From IMG/VR virus record IMGVR_UViG_3300032080_000006, positions 1 to 59,921 of that record: DNA of 59,921 nt, one strand, 5' to 3'. This DNA is from a virus. Under the pieces are notes generated by a model. The model saw nothing but the letters and a program-made list of their open reading frames with translations. It did no database searches and was not told the DNA's origin. Numbering within the stretch: the stretch's first letter is position 1; each line of letters starts with the position of its first letter. The translations under genes and the position numbers were made by a program. Of this stretch, positions 1 through 8,087 are shown piece after piece.

Positions 1-127
1 TTGCTCGCACCCCGGCGAACTGGTCGACCGCATCGACGACTGGCTGAAGCGCTATCACGAAAGCACTCGCCTGTTCATCGCCGACACCGCGTTCCTGCTG
101 TTCCGCGACTACCTCGTGGGGCGCATG
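1..127. repeat. Terminal redundancy copy 1: bases 1-127 are identical to 59795-59921, so the contig closes into a 59,794-bp circle
   Basis: By-eye alignment of both ends (ttgctcgcaccccggcgaactgg...ctcgtggggcgcatg). The reading frame is preserved across the join. Confidence 0.95.
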
Positions 128-454
128 CCCGGCGTGCGGCTGTATCACGTGTGGCGCAGCCCGGTGGAGGTGCAAGCCTCGATCGAGCGCCAGGTACCCG
201 GATCCATGATGGTCCACCTGCTGCCGAAGATGGCCAGGCGCCTGATGCGCATCGGCGATCCGCTCTACAACTATGCCGACCTCGATCGACATGCACGCGA
301 GTGGTTCCCGGACATCACCGGCCTGTCCTACTTCCCCCTGGACGATGAGCTGTACCGCCTGTTGTGCCATCGACGCGTCGACGTGCCGCTGCTGGAGCAA
401 AGCGGCGATCCAGTCAAAACCCGCGCGCTGCTGCGCTATTCGGAGATCCGCTGA
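2..454 (+). CDS. 3' part of the junction-spanning gene (5' part at 59577-59921). It encodes a 223-aa hypothetical protein with sulfotransferase-like motifs.
   Basis: Frame at position 2 continues the ORF opened by ATG 59577 (59796 is equivalent to position 2). Stop TGA at 452-454. WRSPVEVQAS is encoded at 152-181. Confidence 0.7.
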   Translation, partial: CSHPGELVDRIDDWLKRYHESTRLFIADTAFLLFRDYLVGRMPGVRLYHVWRSPVEVQASIERQVPGSMMVHLLPKMARRLMRIGDPLYNYADLDRHAREWFPDITGLSYFPLDDELYRLLCHRRVDVPLLEQSGDPVKTRALLRYSEIR

Positions 455-654
455 TGCTGATGACTGCGTATCTGGGCTGGCACCGCACCGCCGAAGTAGT
501 AGTTGACGTGGAGATCCTGGAATGCGGTGCCGGCCGATGTGATTGCTTCGAATGCGGCGGTACCGGCAACTGGGGACCATTTTTCCCGGAACCGCTCGAC
601 TGGTCGGACTGCGTAGACTGCAAGGGCACCGGCAAGATCCTGATCTCGGTGTAA
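454..654 (+). CDS. 66-aa DnaJ-type zinc-finger mini-protein with two CxxCxGxG repeats
   Basis: ATG 454 overlaps the upstream stop (TGATG). Peptide MLMTAYLGW...CFECGGTG...CVDCKGTGKILISV. Followed directly by a terminator hairpin. Confidence 0.65.
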   Translation: MLMTAYLGWHRTAEVVVDVEILECGAGRCDCFECGGTGNWGPFFPEPLDWSDCVDCKGTGKILISV

Positions 655-688
655 CGAAAAAGCCCCGGTCTCCCGGGGCTTCGTCTTT
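655..688. terminator. Bidirectional intrinsic terminator between convergent operons
   Basis: A-run, stem agccccgg (661-668), loop tctc, stem ccggggct (673-680), T-rich tail. The 32-nt core is identical to 43455-43486. Confidence 0.7.
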
Positions 689-692
689 GCGG

Positions 693-1010
693 CTATCGGC
701 GGATGGTGCCCGCCTTCTCGTAGGCATCCAGGCAAGCCTCCTGGTTGGCCCATAGCCGACGATCCAGCTCTCGGTCGGCAAGCACCCCCACCATCCAGTC
801 AACGGCCCGCTGCGAGAGCCTGGCGACGCCCTGCGGCCATGCCGTGCTCGGCGGGATCCACTCCACCCACTGCTCAGCGGCCGGCATTGGGTCAGTGGCC
901 ACCGGCGCGGGCTGCCTGCAGTCGACGGTCGGCGTGCCGGGTCGGACGTTGCCGGTACCGCAGCCTACCGTCGCCGCGGCCAGGATCACGATCAGCAGTA
1001 GGCGCTTCAC
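693..1010 (-). CDS. o-spanin (Rz1-like outer-membrane lipoprotein), GTG start overlapping the Rz stop
   Basis: VKRLLLIVILAAATVGC has a charged n-region, a hydrophobic core and a lipobox-like TVGC. GTGA overlap with the upstream i-spanin. Last gene of the leftward train. Confidence 0.55.
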   Translation of the reverse strand: MKRLLLIVILAAATVGCGTGNVRPGTPTVDCRQPAPVATDPMPAAEQWVEWIPPSTAWPQGVARLSQRAVDWMVGVLADRELDRRLWANQEACLDAYEKAGTIRR

Positions 1011-1396
1011 AGGGCACCGCCGTTGGCGCGCTGGAGCGCCGCCTGCAGCTCGGCCTGCACCGCCGGATCCACCGGGTGCACGCAGGATCCCGGTACCGCC
1101 GGCACTGTCTTGATCCGGTCGACGTAGACCTTCTCGATGCGCACCGTCGCCGCGGCTTCCGTCTTCGGCACTTCGGTGACGGCCGCCTGGTTCGCCTTGT
1201 CGGCAGCCTGCGCGATCGGCCGACCCTTGGCCTCCTGCGCGAGCGCCGCCTTGGCGGCAGCCGCCTGGCATGCCGTCTCGCCGTCCTTGACGCCCTGCGC
1301 GTGGTAGTAGCTGCTGAAGGCCCACCATGAGGCGAGCACCAGCAGTGCAGTGAAGATGGTCCGCCCGATGGCGGTACCGAATAGCCACGTGATCAT
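1007..1396 (-). CDS. i-spanin (Rz-like)
   Basis: ATG at 1396. N-terminal TM MITWLFGTAIGRTIFTALLVLASWWAF, then an Ala/Lys/Gln-rich periplasmic helix with Cys. Overlaps the lipoprotein gene. Confidence 0.7.
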   Translation of the reverse strand: MITWLFGTAIGRTIFTALLVLASWWAFSSYYHAQGVKDGETACQAAAAKAALAQEAKGRPIAQAADKANQAAVTEVPKTEAAATVRIEKVYVDRIKTVPAVPGSCVHPVDPAVQAELQAALQRANGGAL

Positions 1397-1400
1397 CGGA

Positions 1401-2150
1401 TTACCTGTCGTAGTAGTAGCCGGCGCAGTTGACCCTGGAGGATCCGCTGAGGATTGCGCCGAGAAGACCCAGCAGCGAGTCGGTAGTTTGCACCAGCGTG
1501 CAGGTGCGGTTTGGATCCAGCGGCACATCGAGCAGCGGTGACGCACCTGGCAGGACCTCGAACAGGTGGTTGGTCTTGCTCACCGTGCCGCGCGACGCCA
1601 GGCCGATGTAGATCGCCCGGTTGGATCCGTTCATGACCTGGATCCGCGCGCACCGCGAGGTGATCGGCACGATGCCGCTGAGATCCAGCGTCTGCACGGT
1701 GCTGGCGGTCAGGCCGCTGAGCAGGTTGAAGGGAATGCCGCCGGTGGAGCTGGCCATATCCAGCATCACCATGCTGCCTTGCGGCAGAACCTGCAGGTGC
1801 CGACCTGGACGTAGGCGCAGCTGACCATTCACGTTGACGATCATGCCGCTGCCGAGATAGCGGGAGGACTCGTTGCCCGGCATGTGGCGCGCGGTGCCCA
1901 GGTATGCAGCGGCAGGGTCGCCACTGACCACCTGCAGCGCCGCCATGCGACCGGTGGGCGCCGGCACTGCGTAGGCGGACACAAACCCCAGCACCGGCGC
2001 CGGGATCGTGTAGGTCAGCAGCGTGCTGTTGATGAGCCTGCGACCGTCCTTCGTGTAGCAGACGCCGGGGCCAGCTGAAACCGTCAGGCCATCCATGGAT
2101 CCGGAAAGAGCAAAACCGCGAATATCTGAAACGAAGGACTGATCTGCCAT
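1401..2150 (-). CDS. Hypothetical virion/fibre-associated protein (249 aa)
   Basis: Long ORF packed tightly between the fibre genes and the spanins. No recognisable motif. Confidence 0.65.
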   Translation of the reverse strand: MADQSFVSDIRGFALSGSMDGLTVSAGPGVCYTKDGRRLINSTLLTYTIPAPVLGFVSAYAVPAPTGRMAALQVVSGDPAAAYLGTARHMPGNESSRYLGSGMIVNVNGQLRLRPGRHLQVLPQGSMVMLDMASSTGGIPFNLLSGLTASTVQTLDLSGIVPITSRCARIQVMNGSNRAIYIGLASRGTVSKTNHLFEVLPGASPLLDVPLDPNRTCTLVQTTDSLLGLLGAILSGSSRVNCAGYYYDR

Positions 2151-2151
2151 G

Positions 2152-2481
2152 TCACATCACCGGGCTGTTGTCGGAGGCGCGCAGCCACTTGCCTCCAACG
2201 GAACGAACAATGTCACCCGGGCTTCCTGGAGCGTCTGTCAATTCGTACGCCATGCCCGGGTAGGCTGCGGGGTCGAGTGTTGCCAAGACGTCCATTGTGA
2301 TCGGTGCGATGGTGATCGTGTTGGGCGCAGGGCGCACTATTGGAAGATCAGCCGGAGCAGGTGTGTTACCGAGCGCTACCCATGCAAGGTAATTTTCCGA
2401 GAGCCAAGTGCCCTTAATCGGAATCAAGCGGCGGGTTGAAATCTCGATCACATAGTTGGGTTCGCTACTTAACTGGTACAT
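2152..2481 (-). CDS. Hypothetical protein, possible fibre assembly/accessory (109 aa)
   Basis: ATG 2481 sits 2 nt after the stop of the upstream fibre gene (MYQLSSEPNYV...). Lies in the low-GC segment. Confidence 0.55.
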   Translation of the reverse strand: MYQLSSEPNYVIEISTRRLIPIKGTWLSENYLAWVALGNTPAPADLPIVRPAPNTITIAPITMDVLATLDPAAYPGMAYELTDAPGSPGDIVRSVGGKWLRASDNSPVM

Positions 2482-2483
2482 GA

Positions 2484-3584
2484 TCAGATCTCCGCATCGG
2501 CTGCAAAATGGATCCAGCCGCCCCACCTACTGACGGTGTTAGTCCAGGCGACCTCGAAGCCGGTTTGTCCGATGTTGATGATCGAGCCCAGCACATCAGA
2601 ATCCGAGTCTTGTTGCACTCGACCCGCAGCGCCAGTCGCTGGGTTGTATATGCTCACCGCAGGAGTCACGCGTTTCGGCACCTTGAACGCGTAGTTTTGG
2701 AAGTTGATGCCACCTACCGCGGCAGAATTCGAACGGCTAATGCGGCCTGCAGTTGCAGCGCCACCTGGAATCACGCTCAGGTCGTAACTTTTTTCGTAGT
2801 AGCGTTGGCACGCAGCAATGATCGCGGCCATCGGCGACACCTCAAAAGGCGAAGGCGCCGAGCCGTACTCCAGTTGCATCATCGCGAAATCGAACACGCT
2901 ATTGACCGGCTGAAAACCGAGATTCTGGTTGCGCGAGTTGTGCGCAGTGCCTGCACTCATCCAGATGTTGTAACGTAGGCTGCTCAGCTCCGGCGACACG
3001 ATGCTGAAGCCCCGCACGGTTGGAAATTGAAAAGGATTCGGGCAGAAAGTCCACACGTTGGCTTGCGCAATGGTGAACGTCTTGACGCCGATCGTATTGC
3101 TTAAACCTCCGTTCGAAGCACCTCCCGCTCCGGGGTCCGCTGTCGCCTCGAATACCACCTTCAGGCCTGGGTTGTTGACGCGCACCCACATGCCGTAGTG
3201 AAGCAGGCGGTTGCTGAAGCGAGCCACATTTTCCGCACGATGCTGCAACGTGATGAAGTTGTTTACTGTGTCCGTGCCGTTCGAGTTGATGACGATGCGG
3301 CATGCGTTGCTCGGCGAGAAAACGCCGGCAGGAAAGTCTTCGGGCAACAACGCAATGCGGCTCATCGAAGCTGCGGAGTTGCCTCCTACGTTATGCACGA
3401 ACCGATCGACAGCTTGATAGCCTGGCACAGTGGCGTTAGACCCTCGCTGCCACAAGTCAAGGCCGCCGTTGATGATGTGGTTCCTACCCTGGTAGGCCTC
3501 AATGAGACTACCGGGCAGGCTGTCCACGAACGGGAGTTCTTTGCGCCGGCCATCAACCAGCACTAGGGGCCGACGATTCGCCAT
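2484..3584 (-). CDS. Tail fibre / receptor-binding protein (366 aa)
   Basis: N-terminus MANRRPLVLVDG. The internal MMQLEYGSAPSPFE motif is typical of phage fibre C-terminal domains. Abuts the upstream fibre gene. Confidence 0.75.
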   Translation of the reverse strand: MANRRPLVLVDGRRKELPFVDSLPGSLIEAYQGRNHIINGGLDLWQRGSNATVPGYQAVDRFVHNVGGNSAASMSRIALLPEDFPAGVFSPSNACRIVINSNGTDTVNNFITLQHRAENVARFSNRLLHYGMWVRVNNPGLKVVFEATADPGAGGASNGGLSNTIGVKTFTIAQANVWTFCPNPFQFPTVRGFSIVSPELSSLRYNIWMSAGTAHNSRNQNLGFQPVNSVFDFAMMQLEYGSAPSPFEVSPMAAIIAACQRYYEKSYDLSVIPGGAATAGRISRSNSAAVGGINFQNYAFKVPKRVTPAVSIYNPATGAAGRVQQDSDSDVLGSIINIGQTGFEVAWTNTVSRWGGWIHFAADAEI

Positions 3585-4169
3585 TTAGGCCACCGTGATC
3601 GGTTCGGCCTTCTCGAAGTCGATCTCCGTCGCCGACAGAGCGTCACCGATGTGCTGGGACACGTTGCCCGCAGCATTTGGAGACGTTGCCGTTGCTGCGC
3701 CAGCTGACGTGGCCAAATACATGCGTGTGCCAGGCGTGAGGCCGGAAAGCCCAGTGATCGTACCTTCCAGGTACACGGAAGCAGTTGCGCCACTGGCAAC
3801 CGCGGCTTTTACGAAACCATGCGCCTCTTTGCCTTCGGCGGTTGCGTCGGCATTGCGCACATTTTCAGTACCGGCGTTAGGCCAGATATTGACCAGTGCG
3901 CCCGCTGCAAGAGCCTCGCTGGCCAGCACGTTTTTCGTTTGCACCCCAAGGCCGGACGGCAACACCGCCGGGTCAATTGTGCCGTCAGCCTTGGTCAGAA
4001 GCACTTTGCTGTTGCCACTGGTTGCTGCGTTGAGCAAGCTGGGATCCAGGTAGCCGCTGGCGTTGGTGCTGGGGACCTTCTCGGCATCGGCAGCGCCGGC
4101 CGAAGTGACGATGGTCGCAAGCATCTTGATGCGACCTGCGATGTTGGCTAAGAAACGGGGTGCGGCCAT
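3585..4169 (-). CDS. Tail fibre protein (194 aa)
   Basis: Ala/Gly/Thr-rich fibre-like sequence (KVPSTNASGYLDPSLL). Contiguous with the neighbouring fibre genes. Confidence 0.65.
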   Translation of the reverse strand: MAAPRFLANIAGRIKMLATIVTSAGAADAEKVPSTNASGYLDPSLLNAATSGNSKVLLTKADGTIDPAVLPSGLGVQTKNVLASEALAAGALVNIWPNAGTENVRNADATAEGKEAHGFVKAAVASGATASVYLEGTITGLSGLTPGTRMYLATSAGAATATSPNAAGNVSQHIGDALSATEIDFEKAEPITVA

Positions 4170-4173
4170 GTGG

Positions 4174-4698
4174 TCAATCCTCTGGGTAGATGGGTGGTTC
4201 GATGCGGATCATAGCCGCGGTGGGGGACAGGGCGAAGCCAATGGCCAGGGTGAAGGCGTCCGGGTCTTCAGGTGCATCCTGGGTGAGCATGCCGTCCTGG
4301 CCAAGGAAGATGGCCTGGTCCGGTTCCCAGTTCCAGGAGGGTTCGGTGATGGGCGCGTTGTTGAGGACGTCGACACGCTCGCCCTGCGCCGCGGCGCCGG
4401 TGGTGATGCCAATGACGTTGTCCGCGATCAGCGCGCGGTTGTCGGCGTACACGACCTCCGTCTCTCCGGCGCTGCGTACGGCGCGATGGCCGCCCAGGGT
4501 CTGCCCCGCGACCTTCTCGATCAGCGCGCCGCCTGGTGGACCAGGTGGGCCGTCCTTGCCCGGGATGCCCTGCCGCAGATAGCGCATCAGCACGACCTGC
4601 TCGCCGGTGTCCCAGCTGTAGCGCGTCTCCTGGTCGCCCATGAAGAAGACGACCGCGAGCTGGCGACCGCTGCCGAACTCTACGGTGATCTCGCTCAT
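4174..4698 (-). CDS. Collagen-repeat tail fibre-like protein (174 aa)
   Basis: ATG 4698 (MSEITVEF) overlaps the upstream stop (ATGA). Contains GIPGKDGPPGPPGG. The Arg-rich N-terminal extension in the ORF track was discarded. Confidence 0.7.
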   Translation of the reverse strand: MSEITVEFGSGRQLAVVFFMGDQETRYSWDTGEQVVLMRYLRQGIPGKDGPPGPPGGALIEKVAGQTLGGHRAVRSAGETEVVYADNRALIADNVIGITTGAAAQGERVDVLNNAPITEPSWNWEPDQAIFLGQDGMLTQDAPEDPDAFTLAIGFALSPTAAMIRIEPPIYPED

Positions 4699-5045
4699 GC
4701 CGGCGTTGCCGAGACAGCGGCCAGGACGCGCAGGCGGCGCGTGGGCGTGGAGGAGACGCTGCCGTTGGGTTCCTTGAAGCGGAAATCCCAGGTGTATTCC
4801 TTGCCGATGACCAGGTCCTGCGTGATCGAGGACGGGATCTCGGCGATGAAGACGGGGGTCTTTTCGACGAACGCCGGCTGCAGGTCGTACACCAGCACGT
4901 TGGCGGAGTCGCGCAGCTGTGCGCTGATCTCCCACAGGCTGAAGTCTTCGTTGCCGGCGATGTCGGTACCGCAGTCGTCGGTGATCTTGACGCGACCGTT
5001 CAACGGCACGCTGTCACCTTGCTTTACGGTCATCGGGGTGTTCAT
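4695..5045 (-). CDS. Hypothetical virion-associated protein (116 aa)
   Basis: ORF MNTPMTVKQGDSVPLNGRVKITDD with plausible composition, placed among the fibre genes. Confidence 0.6.
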   Translation of the reverse strand: MNTPMTVKQGDSVPLNGRVKITDDCGTDIAGNEDFSLWEISAQLRDSANVLVYDLQPAFVEKTPVFIAEIPSSITQDLVIGKEYTWDFRFKEPNGSVSSTPTRRLRVLAAVSATPA

Positions 5046-5397
5046 TCTGGACTCCTAGGGGACTGAAGCCGGTGACCGGTGTGGTGAAGCGCTCGACATC
5101 TGCGAGCGCCTTTTTCAACTGGACCACGGTGGCGTAGTAGGCACGGGTGTGCTCGATCGAAGGCCCTTTCGGGTTATGGCCCATCTCGATGTCGCGCAGC
5201 GCGCTCGACAGCTCGCGAGTCAAGCGTCGAACCTCGCGCACAGAAGAGAGCTGCAGCTCCTCGCGTCTCACGAAACTCGCGAGCGCGTCGACAACGCTTG
5301 GGAACAGCATGATTCTTTCCGCCACTGCGGTATTGCTTTTCCCTTGCGCGGCTGTGAGAGCCTTTGCCAGCAGCTCGTTCAATGTCGAAAGTGGCAT
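5014..5397 (-). CDS. Hypothetical protein (127 aa)
   Basis: GAGGA Shine-Dalgarno about 10 nt upstream of ATG 5397. Helical composition. Confidence 0.55.
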   Translation of the reverse strand: MPLSTLNELLAKALTAAQGKSNTAVAERIMLFPSVVDALASFVRREELQLSSVREVRRLTRELSSALRDIEMGHNPKGPSIEHTRAYYATVVQLKKALADVERFTTPVTGFSPLGVQNEHPDDRKAR

Positions 5398-5409
5398 CCG
5401 ATCTTTTCC

Positions 5410-5937
5410 TCATGGCGTTTCCGGCTCCGGTGGGATGGGGATATTGTTTGCGGCAAGGGTTTCCTTCAACCGAACGATATAGCCCTCGCGCCGCGCAAGG
5501 ACCACACGCATTTGCGCCATGTCGTTGCTGATCCGCAGTACCGATTCCGCAGCCATGGTCGCCGCACGGTTTACGTTCTCGACCTCGTTCTGGGCACGCT
5601 GCGCAAGCGCCTCGGCTTTGATCAGGTCGGTGGTGCTGGAGCGCAGTTGCTCGAACAGATCAGCGGATTGCTTCTCAAGTTGCGCGTTGCGTGCACGGAG
5701 GTCGACGACCAGGCCGGCGTTGGTGTCGTTGACCGTATCCTCCAGCGCGTTGCTGGAGCGGGTACGGCGCTGGAAGATCCAGCCGATGCCTCCCATCAGC
5801 AGGGCAGTGATTGCCCCGTAAACGACGCCTTCAAGTTTCACGGGTGCCCCTGTTTGCGGGTCGATGGGTGGGTTAATTGGAACACCCGCGCCCATATCCC
5901 CCGGGCTATCGACCGCCGCTTCAAGCTCGACGTCCAT
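5410..5937 (-). CDS. Membrane-anchored coiled-coil protein next to the holin (175 aa). Possible lysis regulator.
   Basis: Single TM VVYGAITALLMGGIGWIF followed by QRRTRSS, which by the positive-inside rule puts the C-terminus in the cytoplasm. A long heptad-like helix follows. ATG overlaps the holin stop. Confidence 0.6.
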   Translation of the reverse strand: MDVELEAAVDSPGDMGAGVPINPPIDPQTGAPVKLEGVVYGAITALLMGGIGWIFQRRTRSSNALEDTVNDTNAGLVVDLRARNAQLEKQSADLFEQLRSSTTDLIKAEALAQRAQNEVENVNRAATMAAESVLRISNDMAQMRVVLARREGYIVRLKETLAANNIPIPPEPETP

Positions 5938-6434
5938 CAGGCCGTCTCCTGGTCACGACGGGTGGCTCCGGTGCGTATCATGCACCATGCAGACATGATC
6001 CACACGATCGAGCTGATACTGAAGACCCCTTCGCCGCCGGTTACCACAACTCGCGTCCAGATTAAAGCCCCCCAGACGAGCACCGTGATGCCATTGCTGA
6101 TCCAGGCCATGGTCATCCAGCCACCGGGCACCACGCAGCGCCACAGCATCATCAGGCCCGCAGTCACGAAGGCGGCGCCCCAGTAGATAGCGGGCAGCGC
6201 TTTGAAGAACACCTGATAGCCGACATGGGAAAACATCGAGCCGTTGGCGAACAAGATCTGCATGCCCATCATCAGCGACATCAGCGACAGGAAGAAGCGC
6301 GTCGGCAGGGTGGTGCCGACGTTCATTGCGATGCGGAAGTTGTCGGAGATCCGGTCGTCCTTGCGGCTATCCGTGAAAGCGAACAACTGCGTCTCCACGT
6401 TGCGCAGTCGCTGCTTCATCAGATCCCAGTTCAC
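5937..6434 (-). CDS. Holin candidate (165 aa, about 4 TM segments)
   Basis: Multi-TM protein immediately downstream of the endolysin and overlapping it (GTGA). The endolysin has no signal sequence. Confidence 0.55.
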   Translation of the reverse strand: MNWDLMKQRLRNVETQLFAFTDSRKDDRISDNFRIAMNVGTTLPTRFFLSLMSLMMGMQILFANGSMFSHVGYQVFFKALPAIYWGAAFVTAGLMMLWRCVVPGGWMTMAWISNGITVLVWGALIWTRVVVTGGEGVFSISSIVWIMSAWCMIRTGATRRDQETA

Positions 6435-7003
6435 GACCCACCCCCGAACTCGCGGTAGGCATCCGCCAGCTTCACGTCGTACTGGTTGATCTTGTAGTTC
6501 TTGCCGTTGTAGAGCTTGGCGAAGGTGGCCCAGTCGTGCGACTTCAGTGCGTTCCAGCGGCGTGGATTCGACTTGACGAAGTCGACGAAGGCCGACAGCT
6601 GCGCGCTCTCGCCGGAGATCATCGCGTTGATGAATTCCTGCAGCGACTTGAAGCCGGCCTCGCGGTAGTTCGAGCCCAGGATCTGGAACAGTCCCCAGCT
6701 GGTGGCCATCAGTGCTGCGTTGCGATCGAGGACGACGGCGCGCTGCAGGCGACCGTGCTGCGCGCTGAAGGTGCCATAGCCGCCTGGCGTTGGGTTGCTC
6801 AGGTCCGGATGGCTGCGGTCGAAGCGACCCTGGGTGTATTCGCTGAACTTGTGGCGCTCGAACAGGATTGAGACCTGGCCATCGTCCTGGAAGCCGCCGC
6901 GCGGCGCTTCGACCTTGGTGACCGCTTTGATTGCCGGCACGTCGGTGTTGAGGTCGCGCGCTTCACGGATGAAGTCTGCTTCGGATAAGCGGGGCTTTTG
7001 CAT
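6431..7003 (-). CDS. Endolysin, N-acetylmuramidase (DUF3380-type)
   Basis: LFERHKFS...SWGLFQILGSNY...GKNYKINQYDVKLADAY resembles the phage muramidase family. Confidence 0.8.
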   Translation of the reverse strand: MQKPRLSEADFIREARDLNTDVPAIKAVTKVEAPRGGFQDDGQVSILFERHKFSEYTQGRFDRSHPDLSNPTPGGYGTFSAQHGRLQRAVVLDRNAALMATSWGLFQILGSNYREAGFKSLQEFINAMISGESAQLSAFVDFVKSNPRRWNALKSHDWATFAKLYNGKNYKINQYDVKLADAYREFGGGS

Positions 7004-7031
7004 GGGGATGATCCTTGAGTGGAGGAAGGGT

Positions 7032-8084
7032 TTAGGCGCCAGGCTCAGGCGTGAGTCGGTCCCAGATGACCGCGTTCTGCATCACACCGTCGTCGTTGTC
7101 AAATGCGATGGCGTAGTAGGCCTGACTGCCGGGCATCAGGTTTTCGAAGACAACATAGCCGTCCATGTCGGAACGCCGGATGTCGATGAGGGTGTGCAGG
7201 CGGCGGTAGAACAGCGCGACGCGTACATTGGCCAGGGGGTAGTCCTCGCCCGCATCCTCATCCCGCTGCATCACCCTGCCGCGCAAACGCTGCGTCGGAA
7301 CGACGGTCGTGGATCCAGGCGCGCCCCACCACGGCGGCACGCCGCGCGTGATGCGCAGACCGTCGTTTCGCTTCGTCTCGACCGGGAATACCGGATAGAA
7401 CTCCATGCGACGGAAGTCGCCGCGGCGCATGGGTCGATCCCAGCCGACCGGCTGCACGCGAACCCTGCTGCGGTTGAACACGCCCGCCAGCTGCACGGGG
7501 GTCACATCAAGCGAGAAGTTGCGCAACCGCCCGCGGAACATAAAGGCTGTAGTGCTGTTGAAATTCCTGCGCGCTCCGATTACGAAGGAGGGCTCTCGGA
7601 CGTAGATGCGACCATCGCTTGCCGAAGCGACCAGGTTGCCGTCAATCAACAGGCTCACCGTCTGGCCGACCTTGCGAATGATCACTGCATGCCACGTGCC
7701 GTCTGCAATACTGGTCGGGCTAGATACGACTGTCTGATCGCCGCCGCTGGCGCTGTAGGCCTGAAAGTAAAGCCGTCCTTCGAACAAATAGACTTGCCAG
7801 CTGCTCAGGGATGAGTTGGTGTTCAACTGGTCGATAATGATCAGGAAGCTGCCGGCATCGACCGCGAGCACATTCAATTCGAACGCAATCTCGAAAGTAC
7901 CCGAGCCGATGTAGAAGCGGTCATCAGTGGGCGTGCTGATGTAATCGCCGGTGCCGTCCAGGTACAACGCATTCGCCTGGATCGACGCATCACCATTGGC
8001 CTGCCACGTCGTGTTGCCGGAGGTATCGACAATGGAAACGGAGCCGTCAGGCCCCGTCAGTGGAAGGTTGAACAGCAGTGTCAC
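7032..8084 (-). CDS. LamG/concanavalin-like lectin-domain tail protein (350 aa)
   Basis: ALYLDGTGDYISTP...GTFEIAFEL...WHAVIIRKVGQTVSLLIDG...FVIGAR fits the Laminin-G-3 pattern. Confidence 0.7.
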   Translation of the reverse strand: MTLLFNLPLTGPDGSVSIVDTSGNTTWQANGDASIQANALYLDGTGDYISTPTDDRFYIGSGTFEIAFELNVLAVDAGSFLIIIDQLNTNSSLSSWQVYLFEGRLYFQAYSASGGDQTVVSSPTSIADGTWHAVIIRKVGQTVSLLIDGNLVASASDGRIYVREPSFVIGARRNFNSTTAFMFRGRLRNFSLDVTPVQLAGVFNRSRVRVQPVGWDRPMRRGDFRRMEFYPVFPVETKRNDGLRITRGVPPWWGAPGSTTVVPTQRLRGRVMQRDEDAGEDYPLANVRVALFYRRLHTLIDIRRSDMDGYVVFENLMPGSQAYYAIAFDNDDGVMQNAVIWDRLTPEPGA

Positions 8085-8087
8085 GGT

